Under the pieces are notes generated by a model. The model had not been told where the DNA came from. It searched no databases and worked only from the letters and a program-made list of their open reading frames with translations. The translations under genes and the position numbers were made by a program. Shown here piece after piece: positions 1-13,400 of a stretch of 64,000 bases of DNA. The stretch is taken from assembly GCA_965112735.1 (NCBI GenBank), contig OZ218961.1:1488001-1552000 (forward strand). The letters are read 5' to 3'. Position 1 is the first letter of the stretch, and every line of letters begins with the position of its first letter. Origin of the DNA: Phaeosaccion multiseriatum (taxonomy: Eukaryota; Protista; Ochrophyta, other classes).

Positions 1-805
1 TGACGCCCGATGCGCAGATCCGGCACGCCATGGACAAGCAGGCAGCCGCGGAGAGAAACAGGTGCGGAGATATATACATGCATACCTACCTACCTGCATG
101 TATATATACATACATGCATACATACATACATACATACATACATACATACATACATACATACATACATACATACATACATACATACATACATACATACCGA
201 GGTACACCAAGGGCTCGACTGATGCACTCACTCACACTCTGGAAGCTCTCCAACCAACACATTTCCTTCAAAAGAAAACCCAATAACCGATTGTCTATTG
301 TGCGTATGTCAATGAATCATCATCTCCACCATCCACCTCTAACACTGACAGGAGGGAGCTGGTGCTGACCGCGGAGGGTGAGAAGAAGGCCTTCACTCTC
401 AAGTCCGAGGGAGTGAAAATCCAACTAATCAACGAGTCAGAGGGGCAGCTCATCCGGGTCAGAAACGAGGCTGAGGCCACCAAGCAGAAGCTCGAGAAGG
501 AAGCGCAAGGGCAGGCGGCGGCGACGCTCGTAACGGCAGAGGCACAGGCCAAGAGCATCCGGCTTGTTGCTCAGGCCATGGCGGCGGAGGGGGGGGGGGA
601 AGCAGCAAAGCTTGGGCTGGCACAGTCTTACGTGGAGATGTATGGGGAGATGGGGTCGAAGAGCAATACCATGTTGTTTAATGAGAGGCCTGGGGATGTC
701 AACGCACTGATGGCCCAGGCGGCGACGGTTTTGTCGAGTGTGGCGGGGGGTGGTAAGGGGGAGGCTACGAAACTGCCGCCCGGTGCCGCTACAACGCAGA
801 AGTGA
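1..805 (+). CDS. Stomatin-like SPFH/band-7 protein, 3' part (exons <1-61 and 352-805)
   Basis: Splicing GT62..AG351 gives ...PDAQIRHAMDKQAAAERNRRELVLTAEGEKK...INESEG...AEAQAKSIRLVA...LAQSYVEMYGEMGSKSNTMLF, the pattern of the SLP-2/QmcA coiled coil and Band_7_C tail; TGA at 803-805; gene runs off the window edge. Confidence 0.85.
107..197. repeat. (TACA)n microsatellite in intron
   Basis: Direct reading; accounts for the HTYI ORFs. Confidence 0.95.
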
Positions 806-1380
806 AGCAAGTAGCAAAGGAGTTGATGGATGGAATCAACAAGAACAGATCACCACAGTTATTGAAGAAAAAGGGAGTACCCCTCTTGATTCCTTCGCCC
901 CATGCTGAGGCTGCACACCAAGCTCTTCTTTACCTTCATTACCTCACGAGCTCAAAAGTACGTTAAGTTGACCTGGGCAACTCGCGGGACTCAGCGCGTT
1001 TAGTGCTGTGGGCGATGGATGTCCTCGTGTGGACGGGGATGGCAGAGACTTCTCACAGATGTCAGATGTCTCCACAGCCCCGAACCTTAGCATGTACAAT
1101 TCTGCATGTGTCTCGCCTGCCTCTGCCAAAGCTGGTGGGATATTGATCGCTATCCCCCCCCCCTCTTGAATTAGAAATTTCAGTTTCAGTTTGGCGAATC
1201 GATATTAAAATCGATGTAATCGAGAAACTGTTACGGATCAGCAAAAAAAAGGTACAACGAGTGCTCTCCTCTCTCTGTCGCTCACCCTCACAGCTGAGGG
1301 TGCAGCGTGGCGCTCCAGCAGGAGCAGAGACAAGAGGAGCTAGGAGGAGGAGAGAGAGAGAAGAGAGCGAGGTGTTGGCC

Positions 1381-3048
1381 ATGGCAAGCCGAGGTCGAAA
1401 GGCGGGGGCAGGAGGGGCGGCTTCGCACTCCGCCACCCCTCTCGGTAGCTGCAGGTCCAACCCTTCGCAGTCCACTGCTTCCCTGGACGCGTTTTACTGG
1501 TCCGATGAGATGATTGCAGAGGCTGCCAGCAGCAGTGAGGTCGGGGGCTCCACCCCTCAAAGCATTGCGAGGAACTCGAACGGCAGCAGCGGCAGTATTC
1601 GCAAGGCAAACTCGGGCGGGGCAGCGGGGGGAGGAGTGGCGTATAGTAGCAGTAGCTCGAACCTGACAGGCAGAGTCAGTGCGGGCGGGACTGGGGGAAG
1701 GAAGGTGAGCAGAGGCGGCAGCAGCGAGCGAGTTCCAGGCAAGGCTCCGCCTGTTGGGGCGCCCCCCGCCAAGCTTCGCAAGAGCAAGCCGGATCAGGTG
1801 TCACCCGAGGCATTGTACAGAAAGAGGAAGATACGCGAAGGGGTGAGTAGTGTAGTTGTACAGGGAGGGTGGGCATAGAGGATTTGGTTTGTCACTAACA
1901 ATGCTGCCGTGCTGTTTCTGCTTCTGCTGCCTCTGCTTCTGCCCCTCCCCTCTCCGTTTTTCTTCTTGCACAGGACTTATCATGGGCACTCAACGAAGTA
2001 ATGAAGGCGTGGGCCACGCAGACCAAAGCTGGTCAGCTCGTGGTCAAGTATGGCACTTGCAGCCGGCTTCCTCTCCACTTCTTTGATGACACAACCTTTG
2101 AGTGCTTGGCCTCGCCAGACCAGCCCTTCCTGGGCAAGGAGGGGGAAGACGTTAAGGCCGCGGGGCTGTGGTGGGGCGGGGCAGAGGAGGGAGATGGAGG
2201 GGAGGCGCTTGGCGGTACCCGGGTACAGCAGCAGCAGCAGCAGCAGCAGCAGCGGCGGCCTGAGGATGGAGACGTGGGTGGCGTAGATCTGCTACAGAGC
2301 GCCGTAGGGCAGTGGCGAAGGATCCTCGTCTCTGGCTACGACGCGACCACGGACACCTATCAGGTACGGTGTGGTGCGGCACTCACTTATTCACTCGACT
2401 CGGGCCTCGCCATACTACTTGGCACAAGGGGCGAGGGGGCAAGGGGAGAGGGGAGAGGGGAGAGGAGAGAGGAGAGAGGGGGGAGGAGAAGAGGGGGGAG
2501 GGGGGAGGGGGGAGGCGCGAGGGGCAACCAAAGGTCAAGCCGCCTGCCGTTTCCTTGTGTGATCTGTACGTACCTGAACTAATTGACTTGCCCATGCATG
2601 GCTTTGCTACTTTGCTTGCTTTGCTTGCTTGGCTACTTGGCTACTTCGCTCCACCCATCTGCAGTGCACATGGTCTCACAACGCCGAGACAGCGTCTCTC
2701 CCTCGCATCTGCGTGTGCTTCGGCGGTCCCATGGAGCCGAGCGGCAGCAGCAGCAGAAACCTCCCCTTGACGAGCAGGCGAACCTCCACCAGGCCAGCAG
2801 AGGCGCCACCTGCCCAAGCCGGTCAGGCCGCCCAAGCAGGCGCAGGGGAGAACCGACTGCAGTTCCTGAGGCGGTTTCAGAGCGCTTTGACGCTTCGGCG
2901 CAACTGTGAGGCCCTGCTGCTGTATGACTACAGCGTACAGTGCATGCCTGTGGAGCACAGCGTGGTGGGCACCTTGCAAGAGGCGCCGGCCAAGAGGGCT
3001 CTCCCTCTCGCACTCAGCAACCTCAGGGGCAGCGGAGGAGGTGCGTAA

Positions 3049-3093
<45 letters not shown>

Positions 3094-4119
3094 TGTGTGT
3101 GTGAGTGTGTGTGTCTGCTCAGAGAGAGGCCCTTCCATCTGTCGACCAATCGACCTTCCTGCCTTTCTCTCTCCCTTCCCACTCCCACCCCAACTCCCTA
3201 CCCCTACTCCCTACCCCCACTGTCATCCACTGCCATCGCCCCACACCACCTCCACCCCCGCAGGCGTGGCGGCTGCCTCCCTGCAGCTCACCTCGGAGCT
3301 CATCGCCGAAGTGCAGGCCCATTACGAGCAATGCATGAACCGTCTCGTGTTCGATGCGAACATGATCAACGAAGCCAACATGGCTTTCTACTCTTCCCTT
3401 GCCTTGCCCGCCCCTGCGCCTCGCCCTGCCGCCCCGACCATTGGTGTGGTCAGCGTGGCTGAGCACGACCTCGAGAAGGATGCAGAGGCGTTTAAGCTCG
3501 CGACTTGCTTCACCTCCGCTGCTGCCGTCAAGTACGCTCGTGTCCGTATTCGTCTTCTGCCTCGATTCCTTCCTCTGTCTTTGTCAGTCTTGATCTGTCT
3601 TGGCATACTCACCCACATACTCACCCACATACTCACCTACCTGACTCCCCCCTCTCCCTGGCCCTCCCTCTCCCCTCAGGGCGCTGGCGGGTGTGCGTGT
3701 GGACTGCGAGTGGGTGGAGCCTGTACGCACCATCGTCACGACGCACACCGAGCCCTTGCTGCTAGAGGACTTCAAAAGGATGCAGGTGTGTGTGTGTGTG
3801 TGCGTGTGTGTGCGCGAGTGCGTGTGTGTATGTGCGCGTGTGCGGGCCGCGCCAATCCGGTTCTCCCTCTCCCTCGCTCGGTCGGCCGGGCCCCCTTTCC
3901 ACTCCCCCTCTGGAGATGTGTAGCTTACTGCTACCTTGCCTGCCTACTATGCTGTCCCTGCCCCTGCCCCTGCGCTTGCCGGCCCTGCCTCCCCTCCACT
4001 GCCATCCCCCCCCCCAAAGGAGGAGAGCCTGCACAGTGCCTCCCGGGTAGTGAAGATTGATTGGCCCCAAAAGTGTGCCATGAGCATCCGACAGGCACTC
4101 ATCGCCCTTCAGGTCAGGA

Positions 4120-4151
<32 letters not shown>

Positions 4152-7100
4152 GGGGAGGGGAGAGGGAGGGAGGAAGGAAGGGAGGAAGGAAGGGAGGGAG
4201 GGAGGGAGGGAGGAGGGAGTGCTCCTAAGATGTGTGTGGGCTTGAGCCGGTCGCAGTCAGAACTGGAGGATGAGCTGAAAGCTAAAGCTAAAACTGCAAC
4301 TGCAACTGCAAACTGCAAACTGCAACTGCACCAGGCGGAGACGGAGCCTTCGGAGCAGCGCTACAACATGCAGGAGGGGAATCTCGAGCGTTTCATGCAG
4401 AGTGAGCTGTTTCGACTGCTGAAGAGGGTCAACCTCAGTATGGCAGACAGTCTGCTCAACCTCACGGAGGCGAGCCTTACCGAGTATGCTGACTACGTCG
4501 CTAGGTCAGTCAAAGAGGGAGCGCAAGAAGAAGGGGAGGGGAGGGGAGGGGAGGGGAGGGGAGGGGAGGGGAGGGGAGGGGAGGGGAGGGGAGGGGAGGG
4601 GAGGGGAGGGGAGGGAAGGGGAGGGGAGGGGAGGGGAGGGGAGGGGAGGGGAGAGGAGAGGAGGGGAGGGGAGGGGAGAGGAGAGGAGGGGAGGGGAGGG
4701 GAGGGGGGGGGAGGGAAGGGGTCTGTCCCCAATATCGACGACGATGACGTTGATTTAGGTTGGATGGAGTCGATAGAGAGCTGACTGACTAACTGACCGA
4801 CTGACTGACGGACTGACGATGCCTCCCTGTCCTACCCTCGGTATCCGTCCGGTTCCGTCCATCCCGTTCGGTCCGTCTCTTCCGTATCGTGCCGTCACCC
4901 CTTCCGTTCCGCCTCCTTCCGTCCCCATCCATCCGCTACGCTGTCAACCAACAGGTGCTGCAGTGGAGAGGTGGAGGTGGTGAATTGCCGAGACGTGCAC
5001 GTGAATTACAACATCGCAAGGATGGGGCAAGATGCTCCTGCAAGGGGCGGGAAGGGGGTGGCGGGCAGCGAGCAGGCAGAGCAAGGGCAAGGGAAGGGGC
5101 AAGACTCCTCCTCCTCCTCCTCCTCCTCCCCCCTGCTGGCTGCCCCCCCTCCTCTCTTCTCGGTGCGCATGAACCGTTCTACAGAGCTCTTCCGACTCAA
5201 TGATAAGGAGGTCCAGGAAGCTCTGCAGCAGGCAAGTGTCTGTGCGTGTGTGTGTGCGCGCGTGTGCGTACGTGTGTGTACGTTTGTCAGTGTGTGTGTA
5301 GTGTGTGTGTAGTGTGTGTGTGTGCGTGTGTGGATGTGTTTGGGTGGGTGGACCTGTTCCATCTGTAGCAGGAGGGCGACGGAGGAGGAGGGGCCATCGA
5401 TCTATCATTTCATCCACTGCCACTTATCAATCCATCCATGCACTCCCACCTACCCCTCTGTCTCCATCTCTCTATCCGTCTGCCAACAACAACAACAACA
5501 ACAGGTGGCCGAGTGGGAGAAATCCGCGGCTGCCAAGGAGGACGGCGCCACATGCCCTGTCGAAGTCCCTCCTGTACAAATGGGACACGTCATTCGCTAC
5601 TCCACCGACCCTGCCCTCCTTCACAGCGCCGTGCTCGCTGCCTTTGACGCCACCACCGCCGAGCTCAAGGGCATTAGTCACGTTCGACGCTTCGTTATGG
5701 AGCGCTTGTTTTGGCCCACCTTGGCCACAGTGCCGTGTGTGAGTAACGAGGAGGGTTGGGTGAGGCAGCTGAGGAGCGGGATTGAGGCCGACATGGCACG
5801 GGCCTTGCGGCCTCTACAGAGCTACCTCGACGCATTTTCGCGCTGGGAGGGATTTCTCAATCTCGATGTTGAGGTCTACCTTGCGGATCTTGCAAAGGCT
5901 CACATCATACCCTCCCAGGAGGAGGAGGGCGGAGGAGGAGGAGGAGGAGGAGGGGAGGATGGAGGGGGGGGGCAGAGCTGCTCGCTGCGTTGCCCGAGTG
6001 TCAACATCGCGGCACTGGAGGCGGCGCTCGCGGAGCACCAGAGAGGCGTAGAGGAGGTACGTGGATGGGTGAGAGGGTGGGTGGGTGAGAGGGTGGGTGG
6101 GTGGGTGAGAGGGTGGGTGGGCGGGTGGGTGAGAGGGTGGGTGGGTGGGTGGGTGGGTGGGTGAGAGGGTGGGTGGGTGGGTGGGTCAGAGGATGTGCGG
6201 TTGAATGGGGAGGAGTGGGTGGGAGTGGGAGCGGGTGGGTGCAGGTGTTGTGGACACTTGAAAGGGAATGATTGAAGACTAAATCGCTTCATCTGAAACA
6301 TCACAGGTGGCAGAGCTCATCCCTGACTCGAGCGTCAGCTGCGGACTCGTGCTTGTAGACACCACAGGCGTCAAGGAGCTGCTCCTCGGCAAGCACGGAG
6401 CCATCGTGCAGCAGCTGTTGGAGGCCCACGAGAGGCTCTGTTCACAGATGGCGGGGGAGATACAGGAGAAGTATCGGGGAGTGTTGGCCCGCCTGCAGAA
6501 GAAGCCCAAGAACGTTGAACAGGTGTGGTATATATCGTGTGTATGTGTGTATTGACTTGCACCTCCTCCTCCCTCCTCCTCCCTCCTCCTCCTCCTCCTT
6601 CTTCTTCTTCTTCTTCTTCTTCTTCTTCTTCTTCTTCTTCTTCTTCTTCTTCTTCTTCTTCTTCTCCATAACCCTCCCCCACAACTCACGCGCTACCTCC
6701 TCCTCCTCCTCTCTACTGTCGCATCACTGTCGCATCACTGTCGCATCACTGTCGTATCACGCTATAAGGTGACCGAGCTGGAGGAATACATGTCTTCTGT
6801 GGACACCGCCACCCTCCCCCTCCAAGACGCTGTGAAACACATGCAGGCATGCAACGAGGTGCTCGAAGGGGCCGGGCATCGCGTGTCGCTGGAGCACAGC
6901 AACGACAAGTGGGTGGCGTGCGGCTGGCCCCAGCGCATCACACGGCAGTGCGACGACACGCAGGTGAGTGAGTGCTGAGTGTGAAAAGACAGCACTGAGA
7001 GGAAGAGTGTTGTCCTTGGTCAGTTCTTTGCAGTGTTCGGTCTTAAGGAGGGAAGGGGGGGGGGGGGGCGAAGATCGGGCGAAATTGAGTACTCCTGAAA

Positions 7101-7550
7101 GGGATGGCCGCCGTCGGAGTCACACCCAAGCAATAGTTGTAACTGTTTTTATTGTAAACTGCATGGCAAACGTCATGATCACTTGTCTTGTAACACAACA
7201 GGTGTTGCTGGGGCAATGCAGAGCGGCCTTTCAGGAGGACATGGAGTCCGAACAGGAGCGCTTCCTGCAGACGCTGCAGCTGCTGGAGCAGGAGGTGTCC
7301 CTCTTCGAGCAGCACGAAGATCTCGCGAATGTGACCAGCGTTGCCAAGCTCGTCAGCGATGTAAACGCCAAGCTCGACGATGCGGATGAACGAGCCAGGC
7401 TCTTCAACAGCAGAGAGACGCTCTTTGACAAGGATGTGACGGACTACGAGGCCCTATCGAGGATCAAGAAGCAGTTTGAGCCCTACGCCAACCTATGGTC
7501 TGCGGCGGCGGATTGGACACGCAGGTGCGGCAACATAGCAGAAGGGGTGG

Positions 7551-7581
<31 letters not shown>

Positions 7582-7939
7582 GGTGCTGGTGGTGGTGGTG
7601 GTGGTGGTGGTGGTGGAAGTAGTGGTGGTGGGGGTATATGGATGGATACACGGGAGGGAGGGAGGGAGGGGGGGAGGGAGGGAGCACACGCACACACACT
7701 ACTCCCCCCCCCCCCTATCCTTGCCATCCACTACCATCCCCTTACCAACCCCCCATCCATTGCCATCATCCGCAGGTACGACGAGTGGAGCAACGGCTCC
7801 TTCCTCGCCATCAACGCCGAGGAGATGGAGGCGGAGGTGGAGCGTCTGTGTCTGGTGAGTGCCTGGTGTCACGTGTAGTAGTAGTAGGAGCAGAAGAGTT
7901 GTTGTAGTAGCAGTAGTAGTAGCAGTAGTAGTAGTAGAA

Positions 7940-7985
<46 letters not shown>

Positions 7986-8035
7986 CAGTAGTAATAGTAG
8001 TAGTAGTAGTAGTAGCAGAAGCAGAAGCAGTAGCT

Positions 8036-8074
<39 letters not shown>

Positions 8075-8245
8075 CTAGTAGTGGTAGTAGTAGTGGTAGT
8101 AGTAGTAGTAGTAGCAGTAGTAGTTGTAGTAGGGTAGTAGTAGTAGTAGTAGTAGTAGTAATAGTAGTAGTAGGAGGAGCAATAGTAGTAGTAGTAGTAG
8201 TAGTAGTAGAAGGAGGAGGAGGAGGAGGAGGAGGAGGAGGAGTAT

Positions 8246-8299
<54 letters not shown>

Positions 8300-10372
8300 C
8301 AGGTGTCTGGTTAGTGCCTGGTGAGTGCCTGGCGTCGGGCGTTGGGTGTCAGGTGCAGCACTGATTGTGTACGTGTATGTGTGTGCGTGTGTTTCTGTGT
8401 GTGTGTGTGTGTGACTGTGCATGCAGGTGATCTCCAAGGCGAGCCGCTTCTTCGACAACGTGGGCAAAGTTGCGCAGAGCAACATCGCCGGAGTTATCAA
8501 AGACGCCACCAGCGCCTTCAGGCCCAAGGTAAGCAGCTACGGGTGTTGGTGATACAGTTGGTGCTGCAGTTGGCGTACACACTCACACACTTGGCGAGGA
8601 GTAAGTGAGGAGTGAGTGAGCACGTGTGCAGCACGTCTCAGTGTCAGGCCCCCGGCTCGTTTGCTTCGTCTGCCCTACCCTGCCCTACCTATATCCCTCC
8701 CTCTACACTGTGGCCGTACCCTGCTCACATACCTCTACCCCTGCCCACCCCTGCCCATATACCTCGACCTAACTCCACTCTCACCACTACCCACTCCACC
8801 CCTTGTGTATCACCAACAGGTTCCCATCGTGGTGGCTCTGCGCAACCCGGGCATGCGCGAGCGTCACTGGGAGGCCCTCTCGGACGTGCTTGGCTTCCGC
8901 CTCATGCCGGATGAGTCCTTCACCCTGATGGACCTGTTGGCTATGGATCTGCTGCCGCATCAGGAGGCCATTAATAAGATTGCGGAGAGCGCGGCCAAGG
9001 AGTACCAGGTGAGGAAGGAGGGAGGGGAGGGAGGGAGGAAGGGGATGGAGGGAGGGTGTAGATAGCAACAGAAGAGACAGCGTAGTGTGTCTCCTCACGA
9101 GCTCCTGGTGTGGACCATTCTCGGACCATTCTCGCACACCCTCACACACCCTCACCCTCCATCTGCTGCCACCCTCCCTCCACTCTTTCACCCCCCCCCC
9201 CAACCGTCCATCTACTGCCATCCCCTCCTCCCTCCACAGATCGAGCAAGCGCTTGACAAGATGCAGAAGGAGTGGGCAGACCTCCGCCTCGACATCATGC
9301 CTTACAAGGAGACCGGCACAGGGCTGCTAAGAGGAGTGGACGAGATTAACGCCATACTCGACGAGCAGGTGCGTGTGCGTGGGCGTGTGCGCGTTTGTGT
9401 TGTTGTGTTGTTGTATCTTTCTGTTCAGACCATGTGGAGCTCTCTCTGTCCCTTGCGCTGGCCCCCTCTCTCTTTCTCCCCCCCGTCTCTCTTACTTTCT
9501 CTACCTTTGCTTCTCCCTCCTTCACCCCACAACCCTCCCTCCTGCCCCCCTCTCCATCTCCCTTTGTGTACAACCAACAGGTGACCATGACCCAAGCCAT
9601 GCAATTCAGCTCCTTCAAGGGCCCCTTCGCTGATCGCATCGACGAGTGGAACAAGACCCTTTACATGGTATGTTACACTAAGAACTAGCTTACTCACCTA
9701 CTAACACTAACTAGCTTATGTATTAGTCAGTATCTTACTCTAAGAACTAGCTTACTAAGTCAGTGAACTGACCAACAGGTTTCCGAGGTGCTGGATGCCT
9801 GGCTTGCCGTGCAGAGAAGTTGGCTCTACCTACAGCCAATCTTCGAGTCGCCAGACATCAACAAGCAGGTCAGTCACTCCGTCACTCAGTCACTCAGTCA
9901 CTGAGAGCACTCACTCCTTCGCTCCCTCACTCCCCTTGCCCCCCCCCCCCGCCCCCGCCTATTGACTTACTGGAGCAGCTGCCGCAGGAAGGCAAAAAGT
10001 TTGCCATGGTGGACAAGACTTGGAGGGGCGTAATCTCATCGGCCAAGAGCAACTCGCTTGTCGTGCACTTCTGCAACAGCGACAAGCTCCTTGAGAGGTT
10101 CACCGAGGGGGTCACAGTGCTGGACGAGGTGCAGAAGGTATGTTTCTGTATGTGGGTATGGATGGGTATGGGCAGGCATATGGGCAGGCTTGTTTGTTTG
10201 TTTGTTTGGCTTCCATTTTTGTTTGTGATTCTGCTTAAATCTTGCTTTGCTTCAGTTCTTGCTTTTGCTTCATTCACGCATGCACGTACACACTCACGAA
10301 CACACGCACACGCACGTACACACACCACCCATACACACACGCACGCACACGCACACGCACACGCACACACGC

Positions 10373-10427
<55 letters not shown>

Positions 10428-13400
10428 CACGAACACACACACGCGGACACACACACACACATGCATACACACACGGACACGGACTTGCAGGGGCTGTCGG
10501 ACTACCTTGAGACGAAGCGCTCCGTGTTCGCAAGACTCTACTTCCTGTCCAACGATGAGCTGCTGAGCATCCTGTCAGAGAGCAAGGACCCGCACAGAGT
10601 TCAGCCCCATCTCAAGAAGGCGAGTAGGGGAGGGAGGAAAGGGGAGGGGAGAGGAGGGGAGGGAAGGGGTTCGCCCCGCGTGTGCTGTCTTGCTTGCTTC
10701 CTTCCTTCCTTCCTTCCTTCCTCTGCTCCTCCCTCCCTTCCTCCTATCCTTCCTTCCTTATTCCTCTCCTTCGTTTGTTCCTTTCTTCCTCTCTTTCTCC
10801 CCCCCTTCCTCTCTCCCTTCCCTCTTTCCCACTACCAAACTCACAAACTCCTGGTGCCTTACCTACCCCCCCTGCCCTTTTGCTTCTTCTCCTACCCCTT
10901 CAATAACAACACATACAACCAACCAACCCCTCTATCAGTGCTTCGAGGGCATCGACAATGTCACTCTGGTGGGCACCGGACCGGACATGCTCATCACTCA
11001 CATGACCTCTCCAGAGGGCGAGACGCTGCAGCTGCTTGAGCCCCTCAAGCCCAACGGAGTGAGCGTGGAGTGCTGGCTGCTCGAGTTGGAGGAAATGATG
11101 AGACTGTCCGTTAGGGACCACATGCACAGAGCCATTGAGGTGAGTGAGTGGGTGGGTAGAGTAAGTATGTGAAAGGGTGTGTGGGTGGGTGCGTGGGTGG
11201 TTGGTGCGTAGGTGCGTGGGATGCGGGTGGATCGGTCTTGTAGATTATATGGAGATTTCACCCCCCATTCCTCTTCCCCTTCCCTTTCCCCCTGTCGGTT
11301 GGTCTCTCTTCCCCTCCTCTGTCTGCCCATCCACTGCCATCCCTGCCCATCCACTGCCATCCCAGGACTATCTGTGCATCCACCGAACTGAGTGGATGCA
11401 AAAGTGGCCAGGAATGTGCGTACTCAACGCCTCTCAACTGCACTGGACGTCCGAGATGGAGGGCCTCTTCACTGACAAGGGTGGGGATGGGCCCGCGGTA
11501 ATGCTCGAGAGGCAACTTGCTCAGCTTGAGGACATGGTGGTACGTACTAGGAGGGAGGGGGGTGGCAGTGGATGGGTAGAGGTGGCAGTGGATAGGTAGG
11601 GGGCGCAGTGGAAGGCAGGGGGGGCAGTTAGCAGCTGTTGGTGCCGCAGTTGGTGCTACACTTAACGCCAACCTCGTCTGTAACCGCTGCATCCCCTCTT
11701 TCCCTCCCCCCGTCTCTCCTTTCGTCCGTCTCTCCTCCTCCTTCTCCTCCTCCTCCTCCTCCTCTCCTCCTCTCCTCCTCCTCTCCTCCTCCTTCTCCTG
11801 CTGCTCCTCCTCCTCCACCACCACCACCACCACCAACACCACCGCAACCACCACCACCACCTCCTCTGTAAAAGATCCTCGTCCGTGGAGTGTTAAGCTC
11901 CAACGCACGCACTGCAGTGGGGGCCCTCACTGTCATTGATGTGCACGCCAGAGACGTCATGATGAAGCTCGTCCTCGACAGAGTCAGCAATAAGAGCAAC
12001 TTCTCCTGGACCAGTCAGCTGCGCTACTACTGGGTAAGAGGATGGGTGGGTGGGTGGGTGGGTGGTTGGGTGAATTGGTGGGTGGATGGGTGGGTGGGTG
12101 GGTGGGTGAGTAGGTGGGTGGGTGAGTAGGTGGGTGGGTGGATGGGTGGGTGGGTGGGTGGGTGAGTAGGTGGGGAAGTGCGTGTGGGTATGTGTGGGGT
12201 TGGGGGTGTAGGCGACTGCGTGAATGTGTGTGTTTGGAGCGTTGAGTTGGATGGTAACGGATGGATAGCCGTCGCCTAGAGCCGCACCTTCACACTCTCG
12301 CTGACTTACCAAGTGATCACCATCTCACTGACTTACTCAACCAACCAGGTGGAGGGGGAGCTGTGGTCGGAGATGGTGGCTGCTCGGAGGCCTTACGGGT
12401 ATGAGTACTTGGGCAACAGCTTCCGACTCGTCATCACCCCGCTTACCGACAAGTGCTACCTCACTCTCATGGGGGCGCTGCAGGTAAGGAGAGAGGGGGG
12501 GGGGGGAGGAGGAGAGGGAGGGAGGGAGGGAGGGAGGGAGGGAGGGAGGGAAGGAGGGAGGGAGGGAAGGAAGGAGGGAGGGAGGGAGGGAGGGAGGGAG
12601 GGAGGGAGGGAGGGAGGGCAGGAGGAGGGGGGAGGGGAGGGAGGGGAGGGAGGGAGGGGAGGGAGGGGGAAGTGCCTGCCTGCCCATATGCTTGTGCCTG
12701 TCTACGTTGATGTTTGCTTGCCGGTTGTTTGTCTGTCCTGTCCCTTCCTTCACGCCTCCCCCTCCCCCCCCCCTCCACTGCCATCCACTGCCCATGCACT
12801 GCCCGCCCTCGCTCGACAGATGATTCTCGGTGGAGCTCCTGCAGGCCCCGCTGGAACAGGCAAGACAGAGACCACCAAGGTAAGTCAATGAGGGGAAGGG
12901 GCAGGGACAGGATCAGGGCAGGGTCAGGGTCGGTTTCTGTAGGAAGCAATCCCTCCAGTCCCTCCTTACTCCTGTCAGCAAGTGGAACAAGCAGACAAGC
13001 TACTGGCAGGTACTCGGGCAGGTATATGGGCAGACAAGCAGTCCTGACACCCCCCCCTCCCCCCTTAGGATCTCGCCAAGGCCCTGGCCATGCAGTGTGT
13101 GGTGTTCAACTGCTCCGACGGCCTCGACTACCTTGCCATGGGCAAGTTCTTCAAGGGACTCGGTGAGTGAAGCAGGCAGGCAGGCAGGCAGGCAGGCAGG
13201 GAGGGAGGGAGGGAGGGAGGGAGGGAGGGAGGGAGGGAGGGAGGGAGGGAGGGAGGGAGGGAGGGAGGGAGGGAGGGAGGAAGGAAGGGAGGGAGGGAGG
13301 GAGGGAGGGAGGGAGGGAGGGAGGGAGGGAGGAAGGAGGGAGGGAGGGAGGGAGGGAGGGAGGGAGGGAGGGAGGGAGGGAGGGAGGGAGGGAGGGAGGG

